Assembly (NCBI RefSeq): GCF_009834535.1
Contig: NC_045696.1
Coordinates: 25,608,001-25,672,000 of the forward strand
Length of the DNA stretch: 64,000 bases
Reading direction: 5' to 3'
DNA from: Camelus ferus
Taxonomy: Eukaryota
Part shown: positions 50,046 through 63,800 of the stretch, one piece after another
Layout of the letters: each line of letters begins with the position of its first letter
Numbering within the stretch: the first letter of the stretch is position 1
The notes under the pieces: generated by a model
What the model was told of the DNA's origin: nothing
Seen by the model: only the letters and a program-made list of their open reading frames with translations
Database searches by the model: none
Made by a program: the position numbers and the translations under genes

Positions 50046-51462
50046 TTTTTTTTTTTTTTAACATTTTTTTATTCAATTATAGTCATTTTACAATATTGTG
50101 TCAAATCCCACTGTAGAGCACAATTTTTCAGTTATACATGAACATACATATATTTATTGTCACATTTATTTTCACTGTGAGCTACCACAAGATCTTGTAT
50201 GTATTTCCCTGTGCTATACAGCATAATCTTGTTTATCTATTCTACGTTTTGAAATCCCAGTCTGTCCCTTCCCTCATCCTGCCCCCTTGGCAACCCCAAG
50301 TTTGTATTCTATGTCTATGAGTCTGTTTCTATTTTGTATTTATGTTTTGTTTTGTTTTGTTTTTTAGATTCCACATATGAGCGATCTCATATGGTGTTTT
50401 TCTTTCTCTTTCTGGCTTATTTCACTTAGAATGACATTCTCCAGGAACATCCATGTTGCTGCAAATGGCGTTGTCGGTTTTTAAGGCTGAATAGTATTCC
50501 ATTGTATAAATATACCACCTCTTCTTTATCTAGTCATCTGTTGATGGACAATTAGGCTGTTTCCATGTCTTGCCTATTGTAAATAGTGCTGCTATGAACA
50601 TTGGAGTGCAGGTGTCATTTTGAAGAAGGGTTCCTTCTGGATATATGCCCAGGAGTGGGATTCCGGGGTCATACGTAAGTCTATTCCTAGTCTTTTGAGG
50701 AATCTCCACACTGTTTTCCACAGTGGCTGCACCAAACTGCATTCCCACCAGCAGTATAGGATGGTTCCTTTTCCTCCACAGCCTCTCCAGCATTTGTCAT
50801 TTGTGGACTTTGAATAATGGCCATTCTGACTGGTGTGAGATGATAACCTCATTGCAGTTTTGATTTGCATTTCTCTGATAATTAGTGATATTGAGCATTT
50901 TTTCATGTGCTTATTGATTATTTGTATTTCTTCCTTGGAGAACTGCTTGTTTAGGTCTTTTGCCCATTTTTGGATTGGGTTGTTTGTTTTTTTCTTATTA
51001 AGTCAGATGAGCTGCTTATATATTCTAGAGATCAAGCCTTTGTCGGTTTCATTTGCAAAAATTTTCTCCCATTCCATAGGTTGTCATTTTGTTTTACTTA
51101 TGGTTTGCTTTGTTGTGCAGAAGATTGTAAGTTTAATTAGGTCCCATTTGTTTATTCTCGCTTTTATTTCTATTTCTTGGGCAGACTGTCCTAGGAGAAC
51201 ATTTTTGAGATGTATGTCAGATAATGTTTTGCCTGTATTTTCTTCTAGGAGGTTTATTGTATCTTGTCTTATGTTTAAGTCTTTGATCCTTTTTGAGTTT
51301 ATTTTTGTGTATGGTATAAGGGAGTGTTCTGGCTTCATTGCTTTACATGCTGCTGTCCAGTTTTCCCAACACCATTTGCTGAAGAGACTGTCTTTATTCC
51401 ATTGTATATTATTGCCTCCTTTGTCGGAGGTTAGTTGACCAAAAGTTTGTGGGTTCAGTTTC
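50046..51462 (-). mobile_element. 5'-truncated young L1 (about 1.4 kb): poly(A), 3' UTR and frameshifted ORF2 C-terminus
   Basis: Minus-strand peptides '[16 protein letters not shown]...INKWDLIKL', '[17 protein letters not shown]', '[18 protein letters not shown]...LWKTVWRFL' and '[12 protein letters not shown]...[12 protein letters not shown]' lie in different frames. The CCHC knuckle His is replaced by Tyr. Poly(T) starts at 50046. Confidence 0.97.
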
Positions 51463-52859
51463 TAATAAACATATTGAACTCTATAAATGGATTCTGACTA
51501 TAATACCAGAGTAATTGTCTTTTTCAACTCAAATAAGCAAAACAGTTACCAAGATTTTCTGACTGTTTCCAAATGAAGCCAAACTCTAAGATGAAGTAAT
51601 AAAAATTACCCTAGAAATTGACTCTGAAAGCAAAATGGGAGTATTCTCTCCCCTTTTGTGATAACTGACTGGTCTAACAGCTACAGTTTATTAAAACAAA
51701 ACCATTCTGTAAACCTATGGCAGCTGAGGTTTAATATAACTGCATTTTATGGCTATCATAAGATTAAGCCATGAAACAATAAAATATTGAAAAGAAAAAG
51801 AATATTTGGTATATAGTGAGGTTTACTTTCAGTGTTTATATTTATGTTTAAATGTTCTAAATGTACTATTCTTTTTTCTGTTGAGTACACATGTATTTCT
51901 AAAACATTTCCATTAGTATAATCTTGAGAGGTTTATAACCTGATATGGAGTTATTTCCATAGTCTGAGTATATAAAACAAATATTTGAAGAGCATCAAAG
52001 TTTGTCTTCAGTAAAAATAAAAATGACTAAATATGAAGAAAATGAAATATGAATGGAAATACTGTCATTTTGGTTTAAATATTCATGCCTATGATTTAAT
52101 GAAAATAACTAGATTTCCTTTGCTAGTTCAATGAAAATTAGGGGATCACTGAGGAAAACAATGTGGTATGAGTATCTTGAGCATGGAAAAGTGGGCAGGA
52201 GGAGAAAATAACATGGAAGGTGGGATACTGAAGAGCAGGAAATAGGAGAGATATTGAAAACGGAATGATCTGGGCAAGTAGACAGAGATCCACACCTGCC
52301 CTGGAGGCCATGAGTCCTCAACAATGAATAACAAGTGTCCTGTTACTATACAATGGGGCTCACTGTCCAGTTTATTAGAAGCTTTCCTTAATTCATGAAT
52401 GCCAAGGAGTACCATGGAACTCCTTTTCATTGTTGCAAGAATCTAAGAATCCTTGAAAGACATTTTTTCAGGGGAAAATATTATGTTTAACTGTTCTCTG
52501 TTGTCTAGCATTGAATGATCAGGTTGGGGGAATTTTTCTGTTGCACAGAACGGTGACTTTCTTGCTCTGTTTGAGTCCTATTCCTTTGGAGTTTGTAAGC
52601 TCAGGAGTATGGGAAGAAGAGCTCTGAAATCTAGTCTCACCTCACTATTAACTAGTCAGAGAGCCTTGAACAAGACACCACTTTCTGGTATTCATACAGT
52701 TCTCTCTAATACTTCATGAACAACTGTTAGGAGAGAGTACTAGGTGATGTCTTATGAGTTCATGGGGACTTGATATCAAGGAGAGCATGTGGGGTTGGGT
52801 GGAGACTTTATGGAAAATGTAACATATGGATGATGCTTACTAAAAGCTTGAATAGAATT

Positions 52860-53400
52860 CATTAATTTATTTGACAAATATTTATTGATCATCTGCTATC
52901 TATTAATATTGCAACAGAAATGAGGAAAAGCAATAAATTTCCCCACAGCAAGGAATGATTCTTAGTTTTTTCAGATTCCTATCAGAGACAATTACATTAC
53001 CTGGAAATCATAATATATTATTTTAAATACTGTAATGAAAGTATGTGCTGTGGAATCTGGGAGGAAGGAATGGTTTATTCTGATGGGAAAAATCTGAGAA
53101 AATTTCAACAAGAAATTCACAAAAATATTTCTGGAGAATCAGTAGTAATTTTACAAATAATGGAAGAACAATTCGGCAGAAAAAAGAAAGAATATGTGCA
53201 AGTCTTAGAAGAGTGAAGACCGGTACAGAGTTTGATGCGGCTTAAGTTGAGGCTGGAAAGATAAGTGAAAAGAAGATTGCAAAGTCTTCTTATACTGTGA
53301 TGAGGACTTTGAATTTATCCTGAAACTTCTGGGGTAATCATTGCAGATTTGTAACTAGGGGAAACAGAGATGAGTTGTAGAAAAATAATAGTTGGTGTTG
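52860..53400 (-). mobile_element. L2 (antisense), degraded
   Basis: 'attcattaatttatttgacaaatatttattgatcatctgct'...'gaggactttgaatttatcctgaa'. Confidence 0.6.
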
Positions 53401-54790
53401 GGAACAGGATATGGGAACTAGAGCTGACCACCTACCTAGGAAAACGATCAATTCTTGACATACCTGCTTTCCTCTAATATATTTTTAATATTCTTTAGGA
53501 AAGGAACCTAATTTTATTAACTTTTTTGATATCTCAATAGCACTTACTGTACAAAGGCCCTTATTTTTTTAATGGTTTATGGAAGGAAAGTGGGAAGGAA
53601 GGAAGGGAGAAAGTCTTTAGTAAGTGATGAGGTAGTCTGATGAGTGATGATGAGGACTGAAATGACATATCAGCTGTAGCATGGCCAGAAAAGACAGATT
53701 GGAGATGGAATGGCAATTTAATTTAGCAAATAGATTTTATACCTGTACATATGGCCAATGAATATCTTTTGCTTTTTTTCCTAATATGCACTGGCACACG
53801 ATCTCTGAGATTTATGGTGAGTCTAACATACAAAGCTGTTCTGCACACCAGGTATAGTAGTTGTTGTGTATGCTTCCTGACGGCCCTGAATTGCTCACTT
53901 CCAGGCATACTGATAACATTGTATTTGAAGAAGAAGGAAAAGTTTCCCAGGGGACTAGAAGCATATTTTGACTCTATTTCTATATTAAAATCTATGAGGA
54001 AATGCCTAGAAGGCTTATTTCTATGTGGGAAAGAGAGGTATTCACTGGCTTAGAGATGCTCATTTACAAAATACCTGTTTAAACCTGGAAAACTGTCTGT
54101 GAATACTGGTTAAATCCAGGCTTATGTTCTTACTCAAAGGGAAGAACAATAGAGAAACTCAGATTTCCCTAAATCTCAAGAGCTTGTGGATACAAACAAA
54201 TGTAGTTACATTAACTGTACAAATTCAAATGAGCTGGTTCATACAGTTGCCTTTTCTTTGACATCTCTTAGGGTTATTTCTGTGAACCCCTAGGGATATG
54301 CTGTACATACTGTAGGTTAAGTACTGAAAAATAAATGTGCTAGAAGACATATTTCCTAAAGTCAATTCAATTAAAAATTAATTCACTAATTTTTCCAAAT
54401 CTTCCAATTTATTATTAACAGTTATTTCTAAGTCAAGTAAAGCACTGTGTGACAGGCATGTTAGAATAAATTTATAGTAAACTAACTTGTTTTCTCTTCA
54501 CAACATTATTTCTATCACTGTTTTACAGATAAAGGGCTTAGGTAACAAGTCCAAGTCACTCAGCTATTTTGTAACTGGTTTTAAAGTCTGTAACAAGAAT
54601 GTTTAATAGCTATCAATATTAGTAAATGAAAAAAATTGTTTCATCCTGGAATGTTTGCATTTTTACTAACTTCTGATTGCTTGCATTTTAGAAATTTTAG
54701 AGTTCTTTTACAAATTTCTCAAGTAGCATGTTAACGTTTGGAAATAGTGTTTTTTCCCATCAGTAGTAAGAGTCAAATATTTCTATTAAA

Positions 54791-54923
54791 TAGAACAGCC
54801 ATACAGCCTATCTTCCAACTGAGGGTCATTTTTTAAAATAAAAGGGGGCACTATTAATACTTGCCTAAAGAAAACAGGTTTAAACCTGGACCATACCAGG
54901 TAAACTGGGATGTTTGGTGCCCA
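54791..54923. mobile_element. MER94-like hAT-Blackjack MITE
   Basis: 'aaagggggcactattaata...aacaggtttaaacctggaccataccaggtaaactgggatgtttggtgcc'; about 133 bp. Confidence 0.65.
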
Positions 54924-57120
54924 TGTTATTAAAACTGTTTAAACTGTTTAATTAAAATTCTTACTTTTTTTTTTTTTTTACATTTTTAAAGGTGTAAACC
55001 AGCAATTCATGAATTTGGTGATGTTCCTTTAGAAAACCGATAATTTAATGAAACTACTTGGAACAAATTGATTTTTCTCTCTTCCTAGGGCTCAGATCTA
55101 GTCCATAGGACCCAGCCAAGAACTTTCCTCAAGTGTCCTCCTCAAAAGACACTTTGTCAGTGTAACCAGCTTATGGGAAGTTGTCACTTCTCACCACTTA
55201 CAGACACCTCAACAAGTAAAATTGCCATTTAGTGGGGACTAAGATTTGGCTATCTGAAAAAGACACCATAACGCTTCCTCACAGAGCCACATAAACAAGG
55301 CTCAGCCTCCAAATACCACAAAAGAGTAAAAATAAGGTTTAAAATAAACCCTTGACTTAATTCATTTACTCTATCCTCCCTCATTAATCAAATGAATCTC
55401 AAAAAGCCAAAGCAGTTTTGTTGCTGATGCCTTCTTCCTTAAGTAACAACACAAATTAAAAAATTCTCTGCGATCATTTCCATACACACTGAACATTAAG
55501 TGGGTAAAGTTTAGTTTTGTCCTAGTTTGTGTGGTGTTCAGCATTTTCACATTGCAAATGCTCAGTGCACTCACATTGAAGGGCTGTTCAATGTTCTTAA
55601 GTCCTCTGTACGGAGAGGCAAATTTATGCACAAAACTGATTATACAGAAGAAAAAAATACCTCTTGCACTGATAAACGTTTTGTTTGGAACATTTGCTCC
55701 AGTGGATACAGGTAGACTTTGCAGTATCTCTGAAAGAAAATTTGTAGTGATTAATAACTCTGATAAGTAGAAGTGCCGATTCAAATGTAACCTGACCATC
55801 TTTTAATGTAAACTGGGCTTTGAAAATTCACTTAAGAACAGTAATGTAGACTCATTATGTAAAGGTGTGATTTAACCTATTTTATTTTGAACTTGAAGAA
55901 TATAATTTGCATACTGAATCAACAAAAAAAATTGTAGAGTCTAAGGTAAAATGATTACTGTTTACTAGTGTTCTCAGCAAGAATTTAAAACTTACTGTTT
56001 AAAGAAAGTACCTTTCTATATTGTCGACGGTAAATGGTAATCTAAAATATGTGAGGCAGAAAGGAATGGTAATATTTCATTGTTACAGCATACTTCATCC
56101 TGCTTTTATGTGCATTCCCACAAGTGTGCATAACACAAACTCTTTCTCAGGAGCAGGCTCTGAATTGTTATTGAGAATGACAGAGAATGAAGATTAATGT
56201 AAGTTTAAAAATTTGATGTTAAGAATTAAATACTTTTACATAAAATAATTATAAACATATTTTGCATATTAGAAACTAATATAATGGCTTTTTTCTCTTT
56301 GAAATATAATTAATTCACTTCTAGAGGAAATTTATATATAATTGTTTTACCATGTGTTATTTATATCTGTATTAATTTGCAGTGAGAAAGATGTTCACAT
56401 TGTTTTTATCATCTACAACAAAACTGTGATTTCTACTGTAGATACTTCTCCATGTTCAAAAGAATAATTTTCTCAAATCCATTTGGGAGTTATTTCTGAG
56501 ACAAATTCATTTCCTCATATGAAACAATTAAACAAAGAATTCAGAATGTTAAATAGTGATTGAGATTCTTAACCAGCTCAAAAAAAGCCTATTTAGCCTA
56601 AAATGTTAAAATCACCTAAAATTCTCATAAATATCAGTAATTACAGACTTGAACCCAAGCTACCTTCTATCTTACCTTAGCTATATGGAGTTCTATTCTC
56701 TAAAGAAGCCTTGAGTCTACACGTTTTCTCATCCCGTCTCTCAGCATACAGGTGAAGGGAAGGATGTGAAACAACAAGAACTTTACCTTAAACTGCCTCT
56801 TGAGAAGTTACAGTATGACGAGTTGAAGTTAGGTAAACTCTTTTGCAAGGGTGAAACCAATCTATTTTACCATTTAGTCTAGGATTGAAGTAGATTGCTA
56901 AAAAAGCAATCTACTTAAAAAGCAATAATCACGTGAGAGAAGTTTACTGATGAAATGCAGACATTGCTTGCCTAATCTGCAGCAAGTCGCTTTTCTGCGT
57001 ACACTGCACGCAATGAAATTAAGAAAGGTAAGAACTCATTAGGCTTATGTTCTTTGTGGGTGATACAAATAACAAGTAAGTGTTTTCAACTGTGGGATGT
57101 TGTTGAAAGGTTGAGATGTT

Positions 57121-57354
57121 CAGGGCTTCTAGCCTCAACAGTATTGAACTTTGAGGCCAGATAATGGTTTGTGCTGGGGTGCTGTCCTATGCACCACAGG
57201 ATGTTTAGCACCACTCCTGATCTCTGTCCACTAGATGCCAATAGTAATACACACCCTCGGTTTTGACAACCAAAAATGCCTCCAGACATTGACAACTTCC
57301 CACTGAGGGAAAGGGAGGGAGACAAAATTGTCACCAGGCTAAGAGAGAAAATTG
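57121..57354. mobile_element. MER20 hAT-Charlie MITE
   Basis: 'gctgtcctatgcaccacaggatgtttagca...tgtccactagatgccaatag...tgacaaccaaaaatgcctccagacattg'. Confidence 0.92.
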
Positions 57355-57369
57355 GTCTTTGTATAGAGT

Positions 57370-57860
57370 AAGATAGAGGTCATTGATGACCTTGATAAAC
57401 ATAGTTTGAATAAGAAAGCTGAAAATAAATTTTAGAATGATGTAGATGAGTGGATGAGAAGGAAGAAATGAAGACAACTCTGTAGAAAAGTATTTTCTGT
57501 GAAGAAGAGAAATAAATGGTATAAAAGCTTGAGGTGGATGTGGATGTAGGTGGATTAGGCTCATTTTGCTATTTTTATTTATTTCTTGATTGTTTCCTCT
57601 CTTTAAAAAGTGAGAGATGCTACTACATGTTTGTAAGAGTTTGGGTGCAGTTCAAAAAGACTGGAAAAGTTGGGACAGAATAGGGTTAACAGTCCCTGAA
57701 AAGGAAGTTGGGTGAGGATTCAGCCTGTAAGTAGAGGAACTGACTTGGTAAGATACTTCTAATGTTACAGCAAAACATAGAGAAATTTTAGGTACAGATT
57801 TAGCAAAAGTATAGCATTGGTGATATATTTTCTCATTAAGGTGGGTAGCAAGGTTATCCA
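57370..57860 (-). mobile_element. L2 (antisense), degraded
   Basis: 'agaggtcattgatgaccttgataaacatagttt...', 'gtgagagatgctactacatgtttg'. Confidence 0.55.
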
Positions 57861-60800
57861 CTGTGAAAAAGGTAAGAGTAGGTTGTGGAAGTAATAAGAG
57901 CCTAGTTCAGCTTTATATACCTCAAAAATGGACAAGGTCCAGAAATTCTCTGTCAAATCCTCTGACACTGATCTTGAAATAATACCTTAAATAAAACATA
58001 CTCCTAATGCTAAGTTTTACTAGAACTTAGTAAAAATATATTTTATGTAATATTAATTATTCCCATTTTTAATTTTTCTACTAAATTTTTATTAATTATT
58101 AATTATGTTCTTGTAGCACAAAAAATACTGTCTTTAAGTCATTTCAAAATTAAGGGAGAATACATTTTTGTAGGGCTTTTGCCTGTACAACTCTGCATCC
58201 CGAACAATAGCAATACTGTAAGGAAAATTATTGTTAAGGAACGACTTTATCATTAAATCAATGCGTCTCTGACTTGAAGTCAATTGGCTTAGAGTTTTAT
58301 ATGGCTTTATTGATTTGAATCATAAAAGATACAAAAGAGGATACATTTGTACAAGTTCAATAACATAAAAAGGAGAAAATGTCCTCAGTGAGAAAAACTC
58401 AAACTCTGTGTCGATGAATGCAGGAATTTGGGAACAAAGTAAATTATTTCCTTTTCTGTCACAAACTTGGAAGAAATTTGTAGTCTGTCTGCTACCTTAC
58501 CCTCTCTTCTGACCTAGGTAGTCCACATGAGATACATACTGCTGGCTCATTCTTTAGAAAGTAGTAACTTACACCCCAAAGAACTGAACATAAATTGAGG
58601 AAATGTTCGCTTTGACCTTTATTTTAAAAGCTTGACCAATGCTTTGATTGCATCTTTAGTTGGTTTATTTTCTGACCTGGAAGAGTAAAACAAATTCACA
58701 TTTATAAAAAGCTCTGACTTCCATGACTAATGGATGTTAATTGCTATACTAGTGACATTTTGTATCTTACCCATATTTCTAGGTTACCTTTTATAGGAAA
58801 ATCTTTGAGAACTAAATTACCAGGGCTTTTAGAAAACCTAAAATATACTGCTTTCTAAAAATACCAAATTATTGCTAACATAAAGCTTCATATAAATCAC
58901 ATGACATTCTAAGACTGTTTTTATAAATTTCCTTGAAATATATTTTACTGTAATAAATCTGGCTTTTAAAAAGGTAATTAAATAACTACATGTACAAAAG
59001 GGTTATTCTGTTTTGGGTGTTTATAGAATCGTTATTGTACCAATATTCTTGCCTTATCCTGGTCATTTTGAAGAAGTATAACCCTTTGAACTAGCGAACT
59101 GTATTGAAAACCCAGTGGTTTTCTTCTGACAGTATTTTATAAATGCTCTGTTGTTTATTATAATCCTCTTTAGCTAGTTCCACTTAGTGTATTCTTCTCT
59201 GTGGGGCATTCCTAATCTCAGTGACTTTGCTGGGGACTCAGTTTATAGGCCAAGACATTAAAAGTAATATTTGAAATGCAATTTGGTCTCCACCAGAAGT
59301 ACCTTGTTTATCTGTTTCCAAATGTGTTTAACTCAAGTCCAGGGAGAAATTTTCAATTTTTAAAAATTATAAAGAGAAGGTAAAAAAAAAGTTGAACCTG
59401 ATGAGTAAGTAATAATTAATGAAAAGCAGCTAATGGGACTTCCAAACTTTTAAATTTTGTGTGCCAAGATTTTAAATGTTGATGTGCCTAATCTTCACTT
59501 TATTAAGGTAGCCAGATAAACTCTACAAGTCTTTGACAATAAGACTTCCTTGGTAGTACATGTGCCTAATATTTACTACAATAGAACTGAGCCAGAAACA
59601 TATTTTTATTTATTTATATGAATATTAACTTATCTCTAACGTTTTTAAAACTTAAATTCATAGCATGACTGCCTAGTGTCAAGATAAAAAAAATTATAAA
59701 CTGAAATGATTTTCAGAGAAATTGGGGATTTCAGAAATCCAAGCTGGAATGACATCATATTTCTTATTCTTTTCTTCTGAATGTCCAAGTTTTAGTCTTC
59801 AGGGGACTGAGCGGTGAATAGCATTCTTTTTATGCCTCTGTGTAGTAGGGTAAGGAGTACATAAGAGTTACAAATATACTCATCTGTGAATGGTGGATGA
59901 TGTATTAGGATTTGATGTAACTTCTCATATGTGATATAGTTCATTTTTGGTAAAACATTTATTTTTCTTAGCTTATTGAGGCACCAGATAGTGAGTAAAT
60001 AATTTCATTACATATGGAAGTGTGATGCCTTCATGACAGTGGATATGCAGGTCTGTCTTTAGATTCCTGACAGTGATCAAATTCTTCCGGCCAAAGTGTA
60101 TCAACAGAGATGCTGGGTACAAAGATGTAGATGTTCTGTATATATTATCTAAGAAAGGCATTCCACAGAACTCCCTTATTCACTTAATTTTTGTGTATTT
60201 CTAAAAGTGGAAAGGGTAGTTGATGGTCAGATCTCAGTCAGAGTTAAATCCTGAATTCTTAAAATTTAGGCAAGTGAATGTTTCATAGGTAAAAGCTGTC
60301 TGTGTTCCACCTGCATGAAAATAGTCATTTTTTTTAAACTACTCTAGCCAGGGCAAGAAAACATGTAGGCACACACATAATGGAAATATAAAGGCTGAAA
60401 GCATTATGTGAAGAAATATACTCAGGATCCCTCTGAACTAAAATTCCATTAGCTCTTAGAGGACATAGACCATATTTCTCCCACCCCATCCTAAATAAAG
60501 TTTACAAAGACATGTAAAAATGTTTATGCCAGGTGGCTAATTACAGCTGTAAGACTGATTTTCATGTAAGCCTTTGGAAACCAGTGAGCCTTTTATAAGG
60601 ATATCACACCACATTAGAATTACCTTCGTTTTACTATTGTTCTATTTGTGTGACTGAATAAACACTTAACTTCAGCAATTTTTTTATTTCTTAAAAAGGA
60701 TTTATTTTAGAACACACACACGAAATCAATACCCTCATTCACTGCATGATGAAATTATTTTAACTCCTTAATTAACCTTGTGATGAGATCCAAGGGATAG

Positions 60801-63800
60801 GGGTATATATCAACTAAATAAAATCAGCTCTCTGACCAACAATGTATGCTGAGATACCAGCAAATTATTATGCACTTTTTATTAGCACATTCTTTTAGAA
60901 AAATCCTATGTCAGGTAATATTTTCTGACAGACTCTTTTTAGTATCACAACAAGAGTATCATGGCTGCCAGGAGCCATGGGGGCAACATAATCCAGGCCA
61001 CGTGCAAAGCCAATTTTCCCCTCAAACTTAGAACGCAAGTCCTGCACTCCTCTTTGATTAGGTAATCTTAAATCAAGTGCCAGTTCCCCAATCAATCACG
61101 CTGTCTATGGGCAATAATTTCAATAATCGGTTTAGGCTCAGATCAGTAATGGCTATTTGACTAGTTACTTATAAATGGGAGAATGGGTCAGGTCTACTAA
61201 GAGTATCATGCAAATTTTGCTGGCAATATCTGAAGAACGATGGGTAGTATTTGGGGGGAAAATGTTTTCCTGTGACAAAAGAAATTATATTCTTTCTGTG
61301 AATCGTATGAACATAAAATATTTTAATGAAACAAAAGAATAATGTGGTGAACAGAGAAGAATTGGATTTTTAAAGAAATAGGTCATTTTGAGACCTTTAT
61401 TCTCTTTCATGATCCATTCTATTCTCTTTTACTATGTTAAGTCTAGATTGCTTGAAACATAATAGAAACTCAATAAATTCTGAATCATTAAATATAAATT
61501 AATGGAGGAAAGTCTATATAGTAACAAGTTTAGTTTTAATGTACCTTTTAAAAATTCAATAAAAAATTCAAACTCAGATAAATAGAAGAAAATAATTGGC
61601 GTCCTACTTTTTTCTCAAGGAAGTATAACTTTTTAGCTTAAATAGAATTTGTGGTATGAAAAATGCACATGTTCATTCTAATCAAAGTGTGCTACTGCTA
61701 GTTTTATCCTTCCCTGAAAGTATTCAGCTTTATACATGATTTATTGTGTACTTCCTTTTAGCTTTCCCTGCAGAAAACAAGGGACTCAGATTAGTGACCT
61801 TTTATAATTCTATGAATGTTCTGTAAAATGGTCCCTTGCCTTTCAAATTACTTTAGAAATCAAAAGTACACATGACTTAAGGCATCTACCATTCCTCCCC
61901 ACCCCCACCCCGAACATAGATTCTCCTATATGAATGTATATAGATCCCTCAATAGATAAATGCAGATATATATGATGTAAAATTAGTCACTGAAAATCAA
62001 TGTTTATTATCTCTATCCCTATCTCCTCAGGGGTCCAGTGACTAATTTTATCCCAGGTTCTTTGATTGCAACACTTAGCATGCTTTTCAACACTACACCT
62101 CATCAGCTATTATACATGAGCTGTAAAAGACACATTGTAATGAGAGTCAAGGCCAGAATTTTATTCTAGATGATCCTAGAATACATTGTTTTGAATTATT
62201 TCATGTGTTTCCTATCTAGGGAAAGGGAAGAGGAACAATGTATGTGTATACTTTCTTAGAGATGTTTAAAAAATTGACAATAAAAATCAAAGTGGTGCCA
62301 TTTCCACTTAGAATTTTTCTTATCTCTCCTCCTTTTGGTAACTTTCTTTGTGTGCTGCAGCAACTAGATCAAGTGTACCACATTACAGCTCCATGGCAGC
62401 TCTTTTACACGTGTGAGGACAATGGTTACATTTTCTTTGAGCCTTCTCTGTGTTTTTTTGCAGACTACCTCATCATCTCTGAGGGACTCTCCTCTAGATA
62501 CACTCAAATCTGTGTCAGGTTCTTAAAACATGTGCTTGTTTTTATCTAGAAAAAAAAAAACAACACCTGCTGGGTTTATTTGAACAATGAAATGATTTGT
62601 AGAACAGTGTAAGCAATCATTTTATATGGTAGCCATAAGTGACATTGAAAAAATTGTGGCAATTTTCTTATTAAGTCTGTTTTTCTTAATAATGGCATTG
62701 TTTGAGTATATGTAATTTTTAACTGATATCTCTATCTTTCATAGAATTTTTAAAGTATAGTTTTAATTGTAGTGTACTGAGTCACATTTGACCAAAGAAA
62801 ATGGAGAGAATTTGTGTTAATATTATAACTTAGAGAAATCTACTTTTATACTTTGTCATAAATAGATGAATAAAACTGTATTTGAATGGTAGTTGATTAC
62901 ATTCAAAAATTAAACTAGAGTTAAGAATTTTAAATGAAAAGGAATCAAGGATTTTATTTCTTTGAATACTACTCTTTATAATTGATCTTTGCTGTTACAT
63001 TTTACTATCAAGGAGATTTTCTAAAACACGAGTAAAACCTAGCACATTTTTAAGCATTATAGAAAAGAAAATTTCAGTCCTTGTCAGTATCCTGTGTAAA
63101 GAGCTTGTCAATATGCATTGTAAAAATAGTTGAATCCATGCAAGTAGAATACTCAAACATCTTTAATATATCTAGTTTGGATAAATTAAAAATGTATTGT
63201 CTCTCTGAAATTAGCTTGTGGGTTTTAAATTTAACCCAGGTGTCAATTTAAATTAATATTTGATTTTTGGAGGGAAGAATGAAAAGCATTTTATAGATTT
63301 AGGGTCTGCTTTGGAAACTCCATTCCCTATGTTAACAGGAGAGAATTATTGGCTAAACTCTATCTAAATGAGTTGCTATAGGGACGTCAACTAGCATCTT
63401 GAACTCCTATTCATCCCCATTTTTTTTTTTATTTCTGAAACCTGGTGATACCTTTCAATCCATATAAATTTAATGTGGCAGCACATTTACCCTAAATGTT
63501 TGTTAACAAATTAATAGAAAGTCCTAAAATTGAAGTCAAGACATTGGATTTTTGTCTCTTCCCCACCTTGGCTTGATTTCTAAATAATATGTATTAAAAT
63601 GTTATTTGTATAAAAATAAATAAGTTGAAAATAACAGAAGAAAATATAAGTGATGATTAATATTATGCTCTATTGATACTTATTTCTAAGCCTAAAATTA
63701 AAAACAATAATCACAAAGGAAAATATTAATTGATTTGCCTTATGTACAAGAAAGCATCTTAAAAACATTTTAAAGTATATATATTTATTTGTAATACATA

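Noticed and set aside
50860..51438. 192-aa plus-strand ORF (longest in the track) as a novel membrane protein
   Set aside because: It is the antisense reading of L1 ORF2. The similar ORF at 3455-3745 has the same origin.
60846..61031. ORF containing 'FRKILCQ', reminiscent of a GPCR helix 8 (prostanoid-receptor-like)
   Set aside because: Only a few residues match; there is no upstream TM7/NPxxY-type motif or exon structure.
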